A DNA stretch of 64,000 nucleotides from NCBI GenBank assembly GCA_963665845.2, contig OY762492.1, positions 2,848,001-2,912,000 of the forward strand. Direction: 5' to 3'. Positions 54,330-64,000 of this stretch are shown one piece after another (the stretch's first letter is position 1; each line of letters opens with the position of its first letter). The position numbers were made by a program, and so were the translations under genes. The DNA comes from Candidatus Poribacteria bacterium (GTDB lineage Bacteria; Poribacteria; WGA-4E; GCA-2687025). The notes under the pieces are model-generated. The model was not told where the DNA came from, ran no database searches, and saw only the letters and a list, made by a program, of their open reading frames with translations.

Positions 54330-57300
54330 TCCGCGTCCAGCAGCCTTTCAACGCGCCGGCGAGCCTCCTCCATCTTCGGATAGCGCACCTCTCGATACCC
54401 GCGCGCCTCCTCCGGACACTCCAGCACTTCCGTCATGCGCCTGTAGCCCGCCTCGTCCTCGTAGGCGAACCGCTCCACCAGACCGATATACCAGTCCCGA
54501 AACTCTTTCTCTCTGCGGTGCCAAGACGGCATCCAGCGGCGCAAAAATTTCATCCGCCGCATCATGCGCAATTGCCAGTTGCGCGTGTTCATATTGAACG
54601 CGATGTCCTTGCCGAGTATCGTGAACACGGGGCGGTTCAGATGCAGATACCGCAGCCGATCGCCGTTGGCGCGGTTGATGTTGTAACGCGCCTCGTCGCG
54701 CCGCCGCTTCTCCTCGCTGGTCAACAGATGCGACACATAAATCTCATCCTTGATGCACATGACCTTGTGCAGATAACGGATCGCCGCTTTCGTCGCCGCC
54801 AACCCGTATTCAAGCGCGTCTTTCTGGTACATGTCCAGAACCAGATCGGCATACCGACGCGCGTAGTCAACATTTTCAAACTGAACGAGATCGTATGCGC
54901 GGATCGCAAAGTGGCGCCGCTCCTCGTCGTCCAGCGCCTCCATTTTCGCCGCCGATTCTTCAACCAGCTGGCGGTAGCGTTGCGCGGTTCGCGCGTTTTG
55001 GTCTTGGGTTAAAATCGCGGTTTTGTCGGCAAGCGCCTCGGCGTAATCGGGCGCCTCCTCCTCCGCAAAACGTTCAGGCTCCAGAACAATCAGCCGCCCG
55101 ATGTTGAAAGCGTTCATATTCGTCTCAAGGTCGTACCGCGGGACGCTGTTCTGAACCGCCCAGATCAGATTGTCCAGATCGAATGGAAGAAGCCCGCGCT
55201 GATACGCCGCGCCCAGCATCATCAGGTTGCCGTAGATCTTGTTGCCGAGATGCGTTTCGGAGATGTCAAAAAAGTCGGCGGCGAGAAACCCGTCCGGACG
55301 CGCCCTGCTCTCCAGCAGATGAACCGCCCCCTCCGCGTCCGATTCCTCCCGCCCGATGAGCATCGGAATCGTTTCCGTTTCCGACCTGTTTAAAATGACC
55401 GCCGTTCTGTCCGGCGACGCGATCCGAACGGCGCCGCGCGTGTCGGCGGCGCGCGCCGCTTCCAGCGGATCCATCCCCAAGATCACATCCGCCTTGCCCG
55501 CCGGTATCAGGGTTGAGACGACCGTCTCCTTCGACTTTGTGAAAAGCATGTGCGCATAGACGCCGCCGTTGCGTATCGCCAGCCCTTTCTTGTCGCAAAA
55601 GTGAACCTGATACCCCTCTTTATAGCCCGCCAGCGCCAGAGCCGCCGAAATGACGCCGATCCCCATGCCGCCGACTCCCGCTGAATAGACGCAGTAGGAA
55701 TCGTCAAAATCGAGGCGGGGCGGGTCCGCCTCCACCGCCGTCGGAAGGCTCGGCAGCGCCGGCGGCCCCTTCCGATGCACAACAACCCGCTCAAACGACG
55801 GGCAATGCTTGCCTTTGACGCACGCCTCGTCCGCGACGCACTTCGACAGGTCGGTCTCCACCTTCTTTCCGTAATCGGTGTCGGTGAATTTCAGGGCGGG
55901 GCAGCCGGTCGCCATGGTGCATTCCAAGCAGAATTCGCACACTTCTGGGGTGACGTTGATATGCGTTTCCTTCGGCAGATACCCTTTTTTCTTCACAATC
56001 TGCCGCTTTTCGCGCCGCAGCTTGCGGTGATGGGTGATGCCGCATTCTTTGTCGGCGATGATGAATTTGACGCCGTCCTGCAGGATCGCCCGCTCCAGCA
56101 GCGCCCTGTACGCCTCATGGTCGCCTGGATGCGCGCCGATGATGAGTATATCGTCGGCGCCGGCCAAACCGCGCAGCGCCGCCTCAATGTCCTGCGTCCG
56201 CGTCGGCTCGCCCATCAGATCGTATTCCAGCCCTGGCGTTGTCTGATGCCCCGTCATCCCGGTCGTTTTGTTGTCTAGGAGAATGTACGTGATGTCCTGG
56301 TTGTGCTTGATCGAGTCGGAGATGCCGGCAAGCCCGCTGTGAAAAAAGGTAGAATCGCCCATGAACACAATCTGCTTGTTCGTGATGAACGGATCCGCCC
56401 CGGCGCCCGCCCCTCCGCCGCCAAGACCCATGCCGGACAGGTTATGCATCAGGTTGTCGAACGGCTCATACAGAAACATGCTGTAACAGCCGATGTCCCC
56501 ATGAAAGACAAGGTTGATCGGATCGACGCCGTGCGTCTTGCGCATATACTCTGGGTCTTTGAAATCCTGAACGATGCGCTCCAGCAGCGTACCCGAATCG
56601 CGGTGCGGACATCCTGGACAAAAGCCGGGCGTCCGAGACGGCAGCACCGGCAGCTGCATCGCCTCAAAATCGGCGCCCTTCGGTTTCAGTTCCGGCGGGG
56701 GCGCCTTCAGCAGCGACTCCTCATAATTGAGACGCGCGGGATCCATTCCGATCTCCGGGAACGCCCGAAACAGCGGTATCAACCGTTCCAGAACGTTCGT
56801 CGGGTCCAAACCCAGCACGGACGGAAAACCTTCTACGCCGCGCGGCAGCTGCTTTCCCCATACCGGCGGAAGGCGCATGCTTTCATCCCGCTGCTTCAGA
56901 TCGGCGAAGAGCGTTTTGATCTGCCCCTCCAAGAGAGGACGCCGCTCCTCCACCACAACGATATTCTCCGTCAGCTCGGCAAACTCTAGAACGGTCGCCT
57001 CGTCCAACGGGTAGGTGATCCCCATCTTCAACAGCGGAAACGACCCTTGCGCGCCCAGCTCATGCAGCGCATGCTGAAGATACAGATAGGCGCCGCCCGC
57101 CGCGACGAAACCGATCGGCGCCCCCCGGCGCGGATTCTCGATGCGGTTCAGGCGCAGCTCCCGCGCCCGGCGCAGCAGTTCGGGGAAACGCCGCTCCGTG
57201 ACATCGATCTCCATCTTCGCCGTCCCCGGCGGCAAGATAATCCGCTCCTCTTTGACAATCTCGGTCGGGTCCAACGTCGCCTGCTGTTCTGGGGTAACCT

Positions 57301-57877
57301 CCAGCGGCGGATGCGGGAACAGCTCCACAATGCTTCCGCCGTCCGCCTGATGCGTCGTGATGATATAGGCGATATACAGGTTCGTTTCCGCCGACAGCTC
57401 AAACGCCGTGTCGATCCAGTCCTTCAGCTCCTGAAACGTCGCCGGCTCCATGACCGGCATGAACAGATGCTGCGCCAGATAACGCGAATCGGTCGGCACC
57501 TGCGTCGAGTTGGAATGCGGGTCTTCGCCCATGACGGCGATGGCGCCGCCGATGGCTCCCGCCATGTTGCTGATGGCGAGCGCGTCGCTGGCGACATGGA
57601 CGCCGACGCTTTTCATGACGGTCATGGCGCGCAGGTTCGCCATCTGCGCCCCGTTCAGCCGGGCGGCTCCGAGCGCCTCGTTGTTCGCCAGTTGAGCGAG
57701 AACGCCGCGCTCCTTCAGCTGCTGTCCGTGCCGTTCGATGATGTCAAAAAACTCGGATACGGGCGAACCTGGGTAGCCTGTTAAAAGATTTGCTTTACCT
57801 TCCAAAGCCCCTTTCACCAGCAGTTCGCATCCGGTGTAGATGTTGCGTCCGTCTTCTTGGAACAGTCGACTCGGCAT
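54326..57877 (-). CDS. Indolepyruvate:ferredoxin oxidoreductase family, fused alpha/beta protein
   Basis: GYPGSP, NEA, K.VG, FCPGCPH, GDIGC, GDSTFFHSG, N.TT.MTGHQ, ferredoxin Cys motifs, GVGGMG, KDE..V. Confidence 0.9.
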   Translation of the reverse strand: MPSRLFQEDGRNIYTGCELLVKGALEGKANLLTGYPGSPVSEFFDIIERHGQQLKERGVLAQLANNEALGAARLNGAQMANLRAMTVMKSVGVHVASDALAISNMAGAIGGAIAVMGEDPHSNSTQVPTDSRYLAQHLFMPVMEPATFQELKDWIDTAFELSAETNLYIAYIITTHQADGGSIVELFPHPPLEVTPEQQATLDPTEIVKEERIILPPGTAKMEIDVTERRFPELLRRARELRLNRIENPRRGAPIGFVAAGGAYLYLQHALHELGAQGSFPLLKMGITYPLDEATVLEFAELTENIVVVEERRPLLEGQIKTLFADLKQRDESMRLPPVWGKQLPRGVEGFPSVLGLDPTNVLERLIPLFRAFPEIGMDPARLNYEESLLKAPPPELKPKGADFEAMQLPVLPSRTPGFCPGCPHRDSGTLLERIVQDFKDPEYMRKTHGVDPINLVFHGDIGCYSMFLYEPFDNLMHNLSGMGLGGGGAGAGADPFITNKQIVFMGDSTFFHSGLAGISDSIKHNQDITYILLDNKTTGMTGHQTTPGLEYDLMGEPTRTQDIEAALRGLAGADDILIIGAHPGDHEAYRALLERAILQDGVKFIIADKECGITHHRKLRREKRQIVKKKGYLPKETHINVTPEVCEFCLECTMATGCPALKFTDTDYGKKVETDLSKCVADEACVKGKHCPSFERVVVHRKGPPALPSLPTAVEADPPRLDFDDSYCVYSAGVGGMGIGVISAALALAGYKEGYQVHFCDKKGLAIRNGGVYAHMLFTKSKETVVSTLIPAGKADVILGMDPLEAARAADTRGAVRIASPDRTAVILNRSETETIPMLIGREESDAEGAVHLLESRARPDGFLAADFFDISETHLGNKIYGNLMMLGAAYQRGLLPFDLDNLIWAVQNSVPRYDLETNMNAFNIGRLIVLEPERFAEEEAPDYAEALADKTAILTQDQNARTAQRYRQLVEESAAKMEALDDEERRHFAIRAYDLVQFENVDYARRYADLVLDMYQKDALEYGLAATKAAIRYLHKVMCIKDEIYVSHLLTSEEKRRRDEARYNINRANGDRLRYLHLNRPVFTILGKDIAFNMNTRNWQLRMMRRMKFLRRWMPSWHRREKEFRDWYIGLVERFAYEDEAGYRRMTEVLECPEEARGYREVRYPKMEEARRRVERLLDAE

Positions 57878-59607
57878 TATTCCTCTTTTCCAGCCCGAAG
57901 GCTCGATACGGCGCGTTTCAATAAGTTGACGGCATGGGCATGGCTCGTGTCGGCGTCGCCTCCCAGCATATGCGCCAGTTCGGAGACGCGGCTGCCGTCG
58001 TCTAAGAGAAAAGCGGCGGCGGTCGTCCGCTCTCCTGTTTCGTTCTTTTCGACATGGAAATGCCGGTCGGCCATGGCGGCGATCTGGGGCGAATGGGTGA
58101 CGCAGATTGTTTGCCGCTGGTTGGAGAGCTGGCGCAGTTTCTCGCCGACCATCGCCGCCGCGGCGCCGCCGATGCCGGCGTCCACCTCGTCAAACACCAA
58201 TGTCGAGACGGTGTCCACCTCCGCCAAGACGGTCTTCAGCGCCAACGTGACGCGGGAGAGTTCGCCCCCGGAGGCGATCTGCGCAAGACCTTTCGGCTCA
58301 ATGCCGACATTCGGAGCGATCAAAAACTGCACTTTATCCATTCCGCTGCGCGTCAATTGATACCGAACGCCGCCGATTCGAACCAACCCTGAACTGGACT
58401 CTTCATGAACAGCCTCCACTGCAAAACGCGCTTTCGGCATGCCGAGGTCGCGCAGTATCGGCTGCGTCTGCTTTTCAAGATCGACCGCCGCCTCTCTCCG
58501 CCGCTCCGACAGCTGACGCGCCGCTTCGGTCGCTTCCGCCAACGCCGCGCGCAGCGCCTCTTTCACTTTAACCGTCCGGTCGGCGGCCGTCTCGATATTG
58601 TTGAGACGCTCCTCCGCCTTCCGCTGGTACTGAAGTATAGCGGGTATTGCGCCTCCGTACTTGCGCTTTAGTAAAAAGATTTGGCTCAAACGCGCTTCGA
58701 TCTCCTCAAGCCGCCCTGTTCCGCTCTCCAACGGCGACGCATGTTTGCGAAGCTGCAGCCCCGCGTCTTCCAGCTCATGCAGAAGCGATTCGATGCGCGC
58801 CTCGATCGGTTGAACGGACGGATCCAGCTCGCGCAGCTCCTGCAGCTCCGACAACGATTGCCGAATCTGATCCGACGCGGACGATTCGCTCTCCATCAGC
58901 CGACCCGACACCGAATGCGCAAGCTCCTCGATTCTTTCGGCGTTCATTAAGCGCCGGCGCTCCGTTTCAAGCCGCTCATCCTCGCCAGGCTGGAGAGCGG
59001 CGCCGCGCAGCTCGGCGATCTCATGCTCCGTCCGCTCCCGTTCGCGCTCCGCCGCCGCCGCCGCTTCGTTCAACGCCGACAGCTCCGCCCGCAGCGCGCT
59101 GAACCGGTCATACGCTTCTCTCACCCGCTGACGCAAAGCGCCGGCGCCGGCGAAAGCGTCCAGCAGCTCCATATGCGTACTCAACTGAAACAGCGACTGC
59201 CGCTCATGCTGACCGTGTATATCAACCCATTCGTCTCCCAGCGTTTTCAAAAGGCTGTTCGTTACCATGCGCCCGTTGAGCAGCGCGCGGCTTCGTCCGC
59301 TCGCATAGACGCGCCTTGAGGCGATGAACGGCTCTCCGTCGCTCCATTCGATGCCGGCGTCTTGCAGCGCCTGGCATGTTTCGCTTCCCAGGTCGGGCGC
59401 CTCAAAAGACGCCTCAACATGGGCAAAATCGGCGCCCGCGCGCGCCATATCGGAGTTCGCTTTCTCACCTGTAATCAGACCCAGCGCGCCCAGGATGATC
59501 GACTTCCCCGCCCCTGTTTCTCCTGTCAACACGTTCATGCCGTCGGTAAATTCCAGCTCGGCGTTTTCAATGAGAACCAGGTTTTGAATGCGCAGTTCCA
59601 GCAGCAT
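57877..59607 (-). CDS. recN: DNA repair protein RecN
   Basis: TGETGAGKS, IHGQH, ASGGELSR, FDEVDAGIGG, VTHSPQIA. Confidence 0.97.
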   Translation of the reverse strand: MLLELRIQNLVLIENAELEFTDGMNVLTGETGAGKSIILGALGLITGEKANSDMARAGADFAHVEASFEAPDLGSETCQALQDAGIEWSDGEPFIASRRVYASGRSRALLNGRMVTNSLLKTLGDEWVDIHGQHERQSLFQLSTHMELLDAFAGAGALRQRVREAYDRFSALRAELSALNEAAAAAERERERTEHEIAELRGAALQPGEDERLETERRRLMNAERIEELAHSVSGRLMESESSASDQIRQSLSELQELRELDPSVQPIEARIESLLHELEDAGLQLRKHASPLESGTGRLEEIEARLSQIFLLKRKYGGAIPAILQYQRKAEERLNNIETAADRTVKVKEALRAALAEATEAARQLSERRREAAVDLEKQTQPILRDLGMPKARFAVEAVHEESSSGLVRIGGVRYQLTRSGMDKVQFLIAPNVGIEPKGLAQIASGGELSRVTLALKTVLAEVDTVSTLVFDEVDAGIGGAAAAMVGEKLRQLSNQRQTICVTHSPQIAAMADRHFHVEKNETGERTTAAAFLLDDGSRVSELAHMLGGDADTSHAHAVNLLKRAVSSLRAGKEE

Positions 59608-59610
59608 CGT

Positions 59611-60468
59611 TCATCCCCGCAGCAGTTTGGCGCGCAGCACGGCGTAAAAATCGCGTTTGCGCGAACGCACCAGAGCGATTGTTTTGGAAGCGCGCCGCAC
59701 CCGCACAACGCTGCCTTCTTTGAGAGGCAGCTGCTCCTGCCCGTCCGCGCGAAGCGCGCCGCTCGGCGCCTTCGACATAACAGCGATCTCCACGCGCGCG
59801 CCGCCGGGAACCGCCATGGGACGCATGCCCAGCGTGAACGGCGAAATCGGCGTCAAAATGATCGCGTCGCAATTTGGATGCATGATCGGACCGCCCGCCG
59901 CGACCGAATAGGCGGTGGAGCCTGTCGGCGTCGCGACAATCATGCCGTCCGCCCGTATCGTGAAAGGACTCTCGTCGTTCACCTGTATCTGAAGCGCGAT
60001 GAGATGCGCGTTGTCCCTGATGACAAGGTCGTTCAGCGCGGAGCCGCGGATCATTTCGCGGTCGTCGCTTACCATCTCGTAATGGAGCATCCACCGTTCG
60101 TCCGTTTCATAATCGCCTTCCAGAACGCGCAGGAGGGCGGGATTCATCTCGGCGCGGGTTACGGAGGTCAAAAAGCCAAGGTTGCCGAGGTTGACCGCCA
60201 AAATGGGGATGTTGCCGGAACCGGCGGCGCGCGCGACGCCGAGCAGCGTTCCGTCCCCGCCTAGAGTCGCGAGCAGATCCGCCGCCGCAATGACCGATTC
60301 CAGCGGCTCCGCGCCGTTTATTCGATGGTCCGCGCCGGGCGCGTTCACGGCTCCAACAGAGGAGCTTAGCCCCTTTGAAGCGAGCCAGACCTGCGTTTCC
60401 TGCGCGGCGGCGGCCGCTTCAGGTATTGCAGGATTCACGATGATGCCGACATGTCGAAAACCGCTCAA
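59611..60468 (-). CDS. nadK: NAD kinase
   Basis: LGGDGTLL, N.G.LGFL, ALND, ADG.IVATPTGSTAYS.AAGGP, DGQ. Confidence 0.96.
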   Translation of the reverse strand: MSGFRHVGIIVNPAIPEAAAAAQETQVWLASKGLSSSVGAVNAPGADHRINGAEPLESVIAAADLLATLGGDGTLLGVARAAGSGNIPILAVNLGNLGFLTSVTRAEMNPALLRVLEGDYETDERWMLHYEMVSDDREMIRGSALNDLVIRDNAHLIALQIQVNDESPFTIRADGMIVATPTGSTAYSVAAGGPIMHPNCDAIILTPISPFTLGMRPMAVPGGARVEIAVMSKAPSGALRADGQEQLPLKEGSVVRVRRASKTIALVRSRKRDFYAVLRAKLLRG

Positions 60469-61142
60469 AACAACGCCTTCACCGCTATAAAACCGAGTAT
60501 CAGCAGCGCCGCAAACGCCACCGCCAGTATGTCAAAATATCGGTCGACCCAGGGCATCACCCTCGGACCGACGATGCGGACGACGCCGGCGACCAAGAAG
60601 AAACGCCCGCCCCGCCCGATGACCGACGCGCCGAGAAGGATCGGCAGCCCGACGGTCGCGTTCAACCCCGCCGCAATCGTGAACACTTTATAGGGGATTG
60701 GCGTAAAACCTGCAACCATGATCCATCCGGCGGCGCTTTCTTGATAGTATGCTAGAACCGTCTCCACCTTGCCGCCGATGTGGAGCGTCTCCAGAATCGC
60801 TTTTCCAATTGTATCGTAAAAAAGATACCCGATGTACCAGCCGAGAACCGCGCCGAGAACGGAGCCGATCGTACAGATGAGCGCGAACCAAAGCGCCCGG
60901 CGGGGCGCCGACGCCGCCAACGGAAGCAGAAGGACGTCCGGCGGTATAGGAAAAAAGGACGACTCCACAAACGCGACGCCAAACAGCCACCAAGACGCAT
61001 ACGGCGATTCGGCTAAAAGCTCCACGCGCCGCTTCATACGGCGCAGCCAGCCGAAAAAACCGCGGCGCTGGACAGGGTCGGGGGATGTTGGCGGTTGAGT
61101 CATGTTTCCGCCCTTTTGCTGCGAGTTGTCCCGTTCATGCAT
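60465..61142 (-). CDS. YqaA/DedA family membrane protein
   Basis: AF.ESSFFPIPPD.LL, SVLG...G..IG, GFTPIPYKVFTI.AG, R..RFF; alternative start 61103. Confidence 0.92.
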   Translation of the reverse strand: MHERDNSQQKGGNMTQPPTSPDPVQRRGFFGWLRRMKRRVELLAESPYASWWLFGVAFVESSFFPIPPDVLLLPLAASAPRRALWFALICTIGSVLGAVLGWYIGYLFYDTIGKAILETLHIGGKVETVLAYYQESAAGWIMVAGFTPIPYKVFTIAAGLNATVGLPILLGASVIGRGGRFFLVAGVVRIVGPRVMPWVDRYFDILAVAFAALLILGFIAVKALF

Positions 61143-61148
61143 TTCTTT

Positions 61149-62597
61149 CTAAAACAGGTTCAAGGTTTGATCGAGAACTTTGCCGGTGTACGGGTTTGTC
61201 ATGACGGGCATATCCGGACGCTTTTTGTTGAAATAGTCGCGTATCGACCAGAGCTGCAGGCGTCCGTATTCTACGCCGAGAACAGACGCCTTCCCGCACT
61301 TTGCCGCTTCCGCCCGCGCCTCTCTTGAGGCGACAGGGTCAAGCGTAATGAAGCAGCCGACCGCCGCCTTGTCGCGATTCAGAACGCCGATAAAGTCGCG
61401 CAGCGCGCTAAGGCTGAACCGCCCGCCCTTCACCTGCGCAAGCGCCAAGCGCGAGTCGATGTTGTCAGGTTTATGCGCCAATGTCGCCCTGCCGTCAATG
61501 CCCTTGTCGCCGACCTTCTTCGTGTTCGGCGCGAAACCTGGCAGCCGTGTGATCGCCCACGACTCAAAATCGAACGGTTTCTCCCGAGCCAGCATGCGCG
61601 CGGAAGCCATGTCGAACGGCATGCCCCTCGCCGGTATGCTCGGATCTTTCAAACGCACATTGCGGATGAGGTCGATAGCGAGGGAGGAGATGTCGATGCC
61701 CGCCCAGCGCCTGTTGAGACGCATTGCCGCTTCGATGGCCGTTCCGCAGCCGCAGAACGGGTCTAATACGACATCCTCCTCATTGCTGCTCGCCTTCACG
61801 ATCCGCTCCAACAGAGCGAGCGGCTTCTGCGTCGGATAATTCAAAAACTCCTTCGATGAGGAATGCTGCTGAAACGACATAATATCTGACCAGACAGAGG
61901 TCAACGCCACCCCAGGCGTCTCGTCAAGATACTGGCGGCGGCCGCCGGGGCGGTCGGAGCGGTAACGCCGTCCGTCTTCGTCTGCCTTGTTGAATCGCGC
62001 GATGTACTCTGGCTTATGCGGCGTATAATGTTTATTGAAAACAAAGCGCGACCGATCGTTCACATAATAAAAGATGGTGTCATGCCCGCGAATGTATCCA
62101 TGAACCGCCGATTTGTAACCCGACGCTGTTTGGAGATTCCAGATAATTTCCCGTCGGAAGTTGCGTTTGCCGAAGACCGCGTCCATGACGACTTTAAGAT
62201 AATGGCTCGCTGTCGGGTCGCAATGCAGGTAGATGGAGCCGGTCGGCTTCAAGAGGCGGCGCATATGTTCAAGGCGTTCCGCCATGTAGGTTATATACGC
62301 CAGCATGCCGCTCTCGCCCAGAACATGGTAAAGCCCAACAACTGCCTCATGCGCCGGCCGGGCGGCCGCGTCTCTAAACGCCGCATACCGTTCCACAGAG
62401 GCCGCGTCCCAATGCCAGGTGTCGTTGAACGCGCGGTACTGCGCCTTTTCCCCGTTGTCGACGGCGTTGGAGAAAAGGATGTTGTAGTTTGCGTTGGAGT
62501 TGAACGGCGGATCCAGATAGATCAGGTCGACGCATTCGTCCGCCCACTGCTCCATCCATTCGAGGCAGTCGCCGTAATATAAGGTGTTCAGCTCCAT
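61149..62597 (-). CDS. Beta-class DNA methyltransferase fused to Mrr-like PD-(D/E)XK nuclease domain (copy A)
   Basis: DPPFNS, YPTQKP, DPFCGCGT; C-terminal FE.W...D.GIDG...QVK.G; true start MELNTLYYGD at 62597. Confidence 0.9.
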   Translation of the reverse strand: MELNTLYYGDCLEWMEQWADECVDLIYLDPPFNSNANYNILFSNAVDNGEKAQYRAFNDTWHWDAASVERYAAFRDAAARPAHEAVVGLYHVLGESGMLAYITYMAERLEHMRRLLKPTGSIYLHCDPTASHYLKVVMDAVFGKRNFRREIIWNLQTASGYKSAVHGYIRGHDTIFYYVNDRSRFVFNKHYTPHKPEYIARFNKADEDGRRYRSDRPGGRRQYLDETPGVALTSVWSDIMSFQQHSSSKEFLNYPTQKPLALLERIVKASSNEEDVVLDPFCGCGTAIEAAMRLNRRWAGIDISSLAIDLIRNVRLKDPSIPARGMPFDMASARMLAREKPFDFESWAITRLPGFAPNTKKVGDKGIDGRATLAHKPDNIDSRLALAQVKGGRFSLSALRDFIGVLNRDKAAVGCFITLDPVASREARAEAAKCGKASVLGVEYGRLQLWSIRDYFNKKRPDMPVMTNPYTGKVLDQTLNLF

Positions 62598-62611
62598 GCC
62601 GCCGCTCCGCT

Positions 62612-64000
62612 TTAAAACAGGCTCAAGGTTTGATCGAGAACTTTGCCGGTGTACGGGTTTGTCATGACGGGCATATCCGGACGCTTCTTGTTGAAATAGT
62701 CGCGTATTGACCAGAGCTGCAGGCGTCCGTATTCCACGCCGAGAACGGACGCTTTGCCGCATTTTGCCGCTTCCGCCCGCGCCTCTCTTGACGCGACAGG
62801 GTCTAACGTGATGAAGCAGCCGACCGCCGCCTTATCGCGGTTCATAACGCCGATAAAGTCGCGCAGCGCGCTGAGGCTGAACCGTCCGCCTTTAACCTGC
62901 GCCAACGCCAAGCGCGAGTCGATGTTGTCCGGTGTATGCGCCAATGTGGCTCGACCGTCAATGCCCTTGTCGCCGACCTTCTTCGTGTTCGGCGCGAAAC
63001 CTGGAAGCCGCGTGATCGCCCATGATTCAAAATCGAACGGTTTCTCCCGGGCCAGCATACGCGCGGACGCCATGTCGAACGGCATGCCCCTCGCCGGTAT
63101 GTTCGGATCATTCAGACGCACATTGCGGATGAGGTCGATGGCGAAGGAGGAGATGTCAATGCCCGCCCATCGCCTGTTGAGCCGCATCGCCGCTTCGATG
63201 GCCGTTCCGCAACCGCAGAACGGGTCTAAGACCGCATCGCCCTCATTGCTGCTTGCCTTTACAATCCGCTCTAGCAGCGCGAGCGGTTTTTGCGTCGGAT
63301 ACCCAAGATACTCGCGGGAATTGCCCTTCAGCGGCGGGATGTATATCCAACTTTCTGGAAATTTCCCTCGCTCATCCAGTTCAACCTTTCCCGCCGCGAC
63401 CTTAGACGCTGTCGCCGCATAACCCTCTCGCGCACGGCTGCCGGGCGCGTAAGGCTGACGTATCTCGTCGGGGTTGAACGTCCACGCATCCCCGCGGGAA
63501 TACCAAAAGATAGTGTCATGCACTCTCGACAATTGACGCTGTCCCGGCGCAGAAGGTCGGCTGTAGCACCACACGATCTCATTGCGGAAGTTGCTTTTGC
63601 CGAAGACCGCGTCCATGACGATTTTAAGATAATGGCTCGCTGTCGGGTCGCAATGCAGGTAGATGGAGCCGGTCGGCTTCAACAGGCGGCGCATATGCTC
63701 TAAACGCTCCGCCATGTAAGTGATGTACGCCAGCATGCCGCTCTCGCCCAAAACGCGGCGAAGCCCAACAACCGCATCATGCGCCGGCCGGCCGGTCGCG
63801 TCTCTAAACGCCGCATACCGTTCCACAGAGGCCGCGTCCCAATGCCATGTGTCGTTGAACGCCCGGTACTGCGCCTTTTCCCCGTTGTCGACGGCGTTGG
63901 AGAAAAGAATGTTGTAATTCGCGTTTGAGTTGAACGGCGGATCCAGATAAATCAGGTCGACGCATTCGTCCGCCCACTGCTCCATCCATTCGAGGCAGTC
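62612..64000 (-). CDS. Beta-class DNA methyltransferase-Mrr fusion (copy B); 5' end just outside the window
   Basis: Nearly identical to copy A outside the central variable region; frame open to the window edge (DCLEWMEQW...). Confidence 0.9.
   Translation of the reverse strand, partial: DCLEWMEQWADECVDLIYLDPPFNSNANYNILFSNAVDNGEKAQYRAFNDTWHWDAASVERYAAFRDATGRPAHDAVVGLRRVLGESGMLAYITYMAERLEHMRRLLKPTGSIYLHCDPTASHYLKIVMDAVFGKSNFRNEIVWCYSRPSAPGQRQLSRVHDTIFWYSRGDAWTFNPDEIRQPYAPGSRAREGYAATASKVAAGKVELDERGKFPESWIYIPPLKGNSREYLGYPTQKPLALLERIVKASSNEGDAVLDPFCGCGTAIEAAMRLNRRWAGIDISSFAIDLIRNVRLNDPNIPARGMPFDMASARMLAREKPFDFESWAITRLPGFAPNTKKVGDKGIDGRATLAHTPDNIDSRLALAQVKGGRFSLSALRDFIGVMNRDKAAVGCFITLDPVASREARAEAAKCGKASVLGVEYGRLQLWSIRDYFNKKRPDMPVMTNPYTGKVLDQTLSLF

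Noticed and set aside
62598-62762. N-terminal extension of MTase copy A
   Set aside because: It overlaps the 3' end of copy B out of frame; homology supports the start at 62597

Overview
This is a GC-rich bacterial chromosomal segment. The gene content (WD40 repeat protein, LamG protein with a C-terminal 'VxPKGKxxxTWxxLK' motif, PhyH dioxygenase, NIPSNAP, several Gfo/Idh/MocA and DNA methyltransferase genes) is suggestive of Candidatus Poribacteria; this is an inference, not a database result. Housekeeping genes: folE, tRNA-Arg(CCG), comEC, lptD/surA/PPIase/mfd, sulfite/nitrite reductase, rsmA, amidase, ribH-ribBA-ribE, accA, zapA, aroE, fused IOR, recN and nadK. Most notable accessory structure: (1) a 2.7-kb integrase-less phage-derived mini-island (14212-16902) bounded by 170-bp direct repeats whose 8 mismatches are all synonymous in two host genes; it carries a promoter-driven cassette array with a nuclease-less, Walker-B-altered terminase ATPase domain; (2) tandem near-identical methyltransferase-Mrr fusion genes with swapped target-recognition regions, plus a third MTase fused to HNH next to an ATPase+PIN pair; (3) an LptD containing nested parvulin domains next to a SurA that lacks them; (4) a dense set of small repeats (12 dRS3-like ATTCCC-N8-GGGAAT hairpins, a 137-bp MITE, orphan IS1 ends); (5) an intact-ended IS1 with an 8-bp target duplication and an IS1595 remnant; (6) four orphan LivJ-like binding-protein paralogs.
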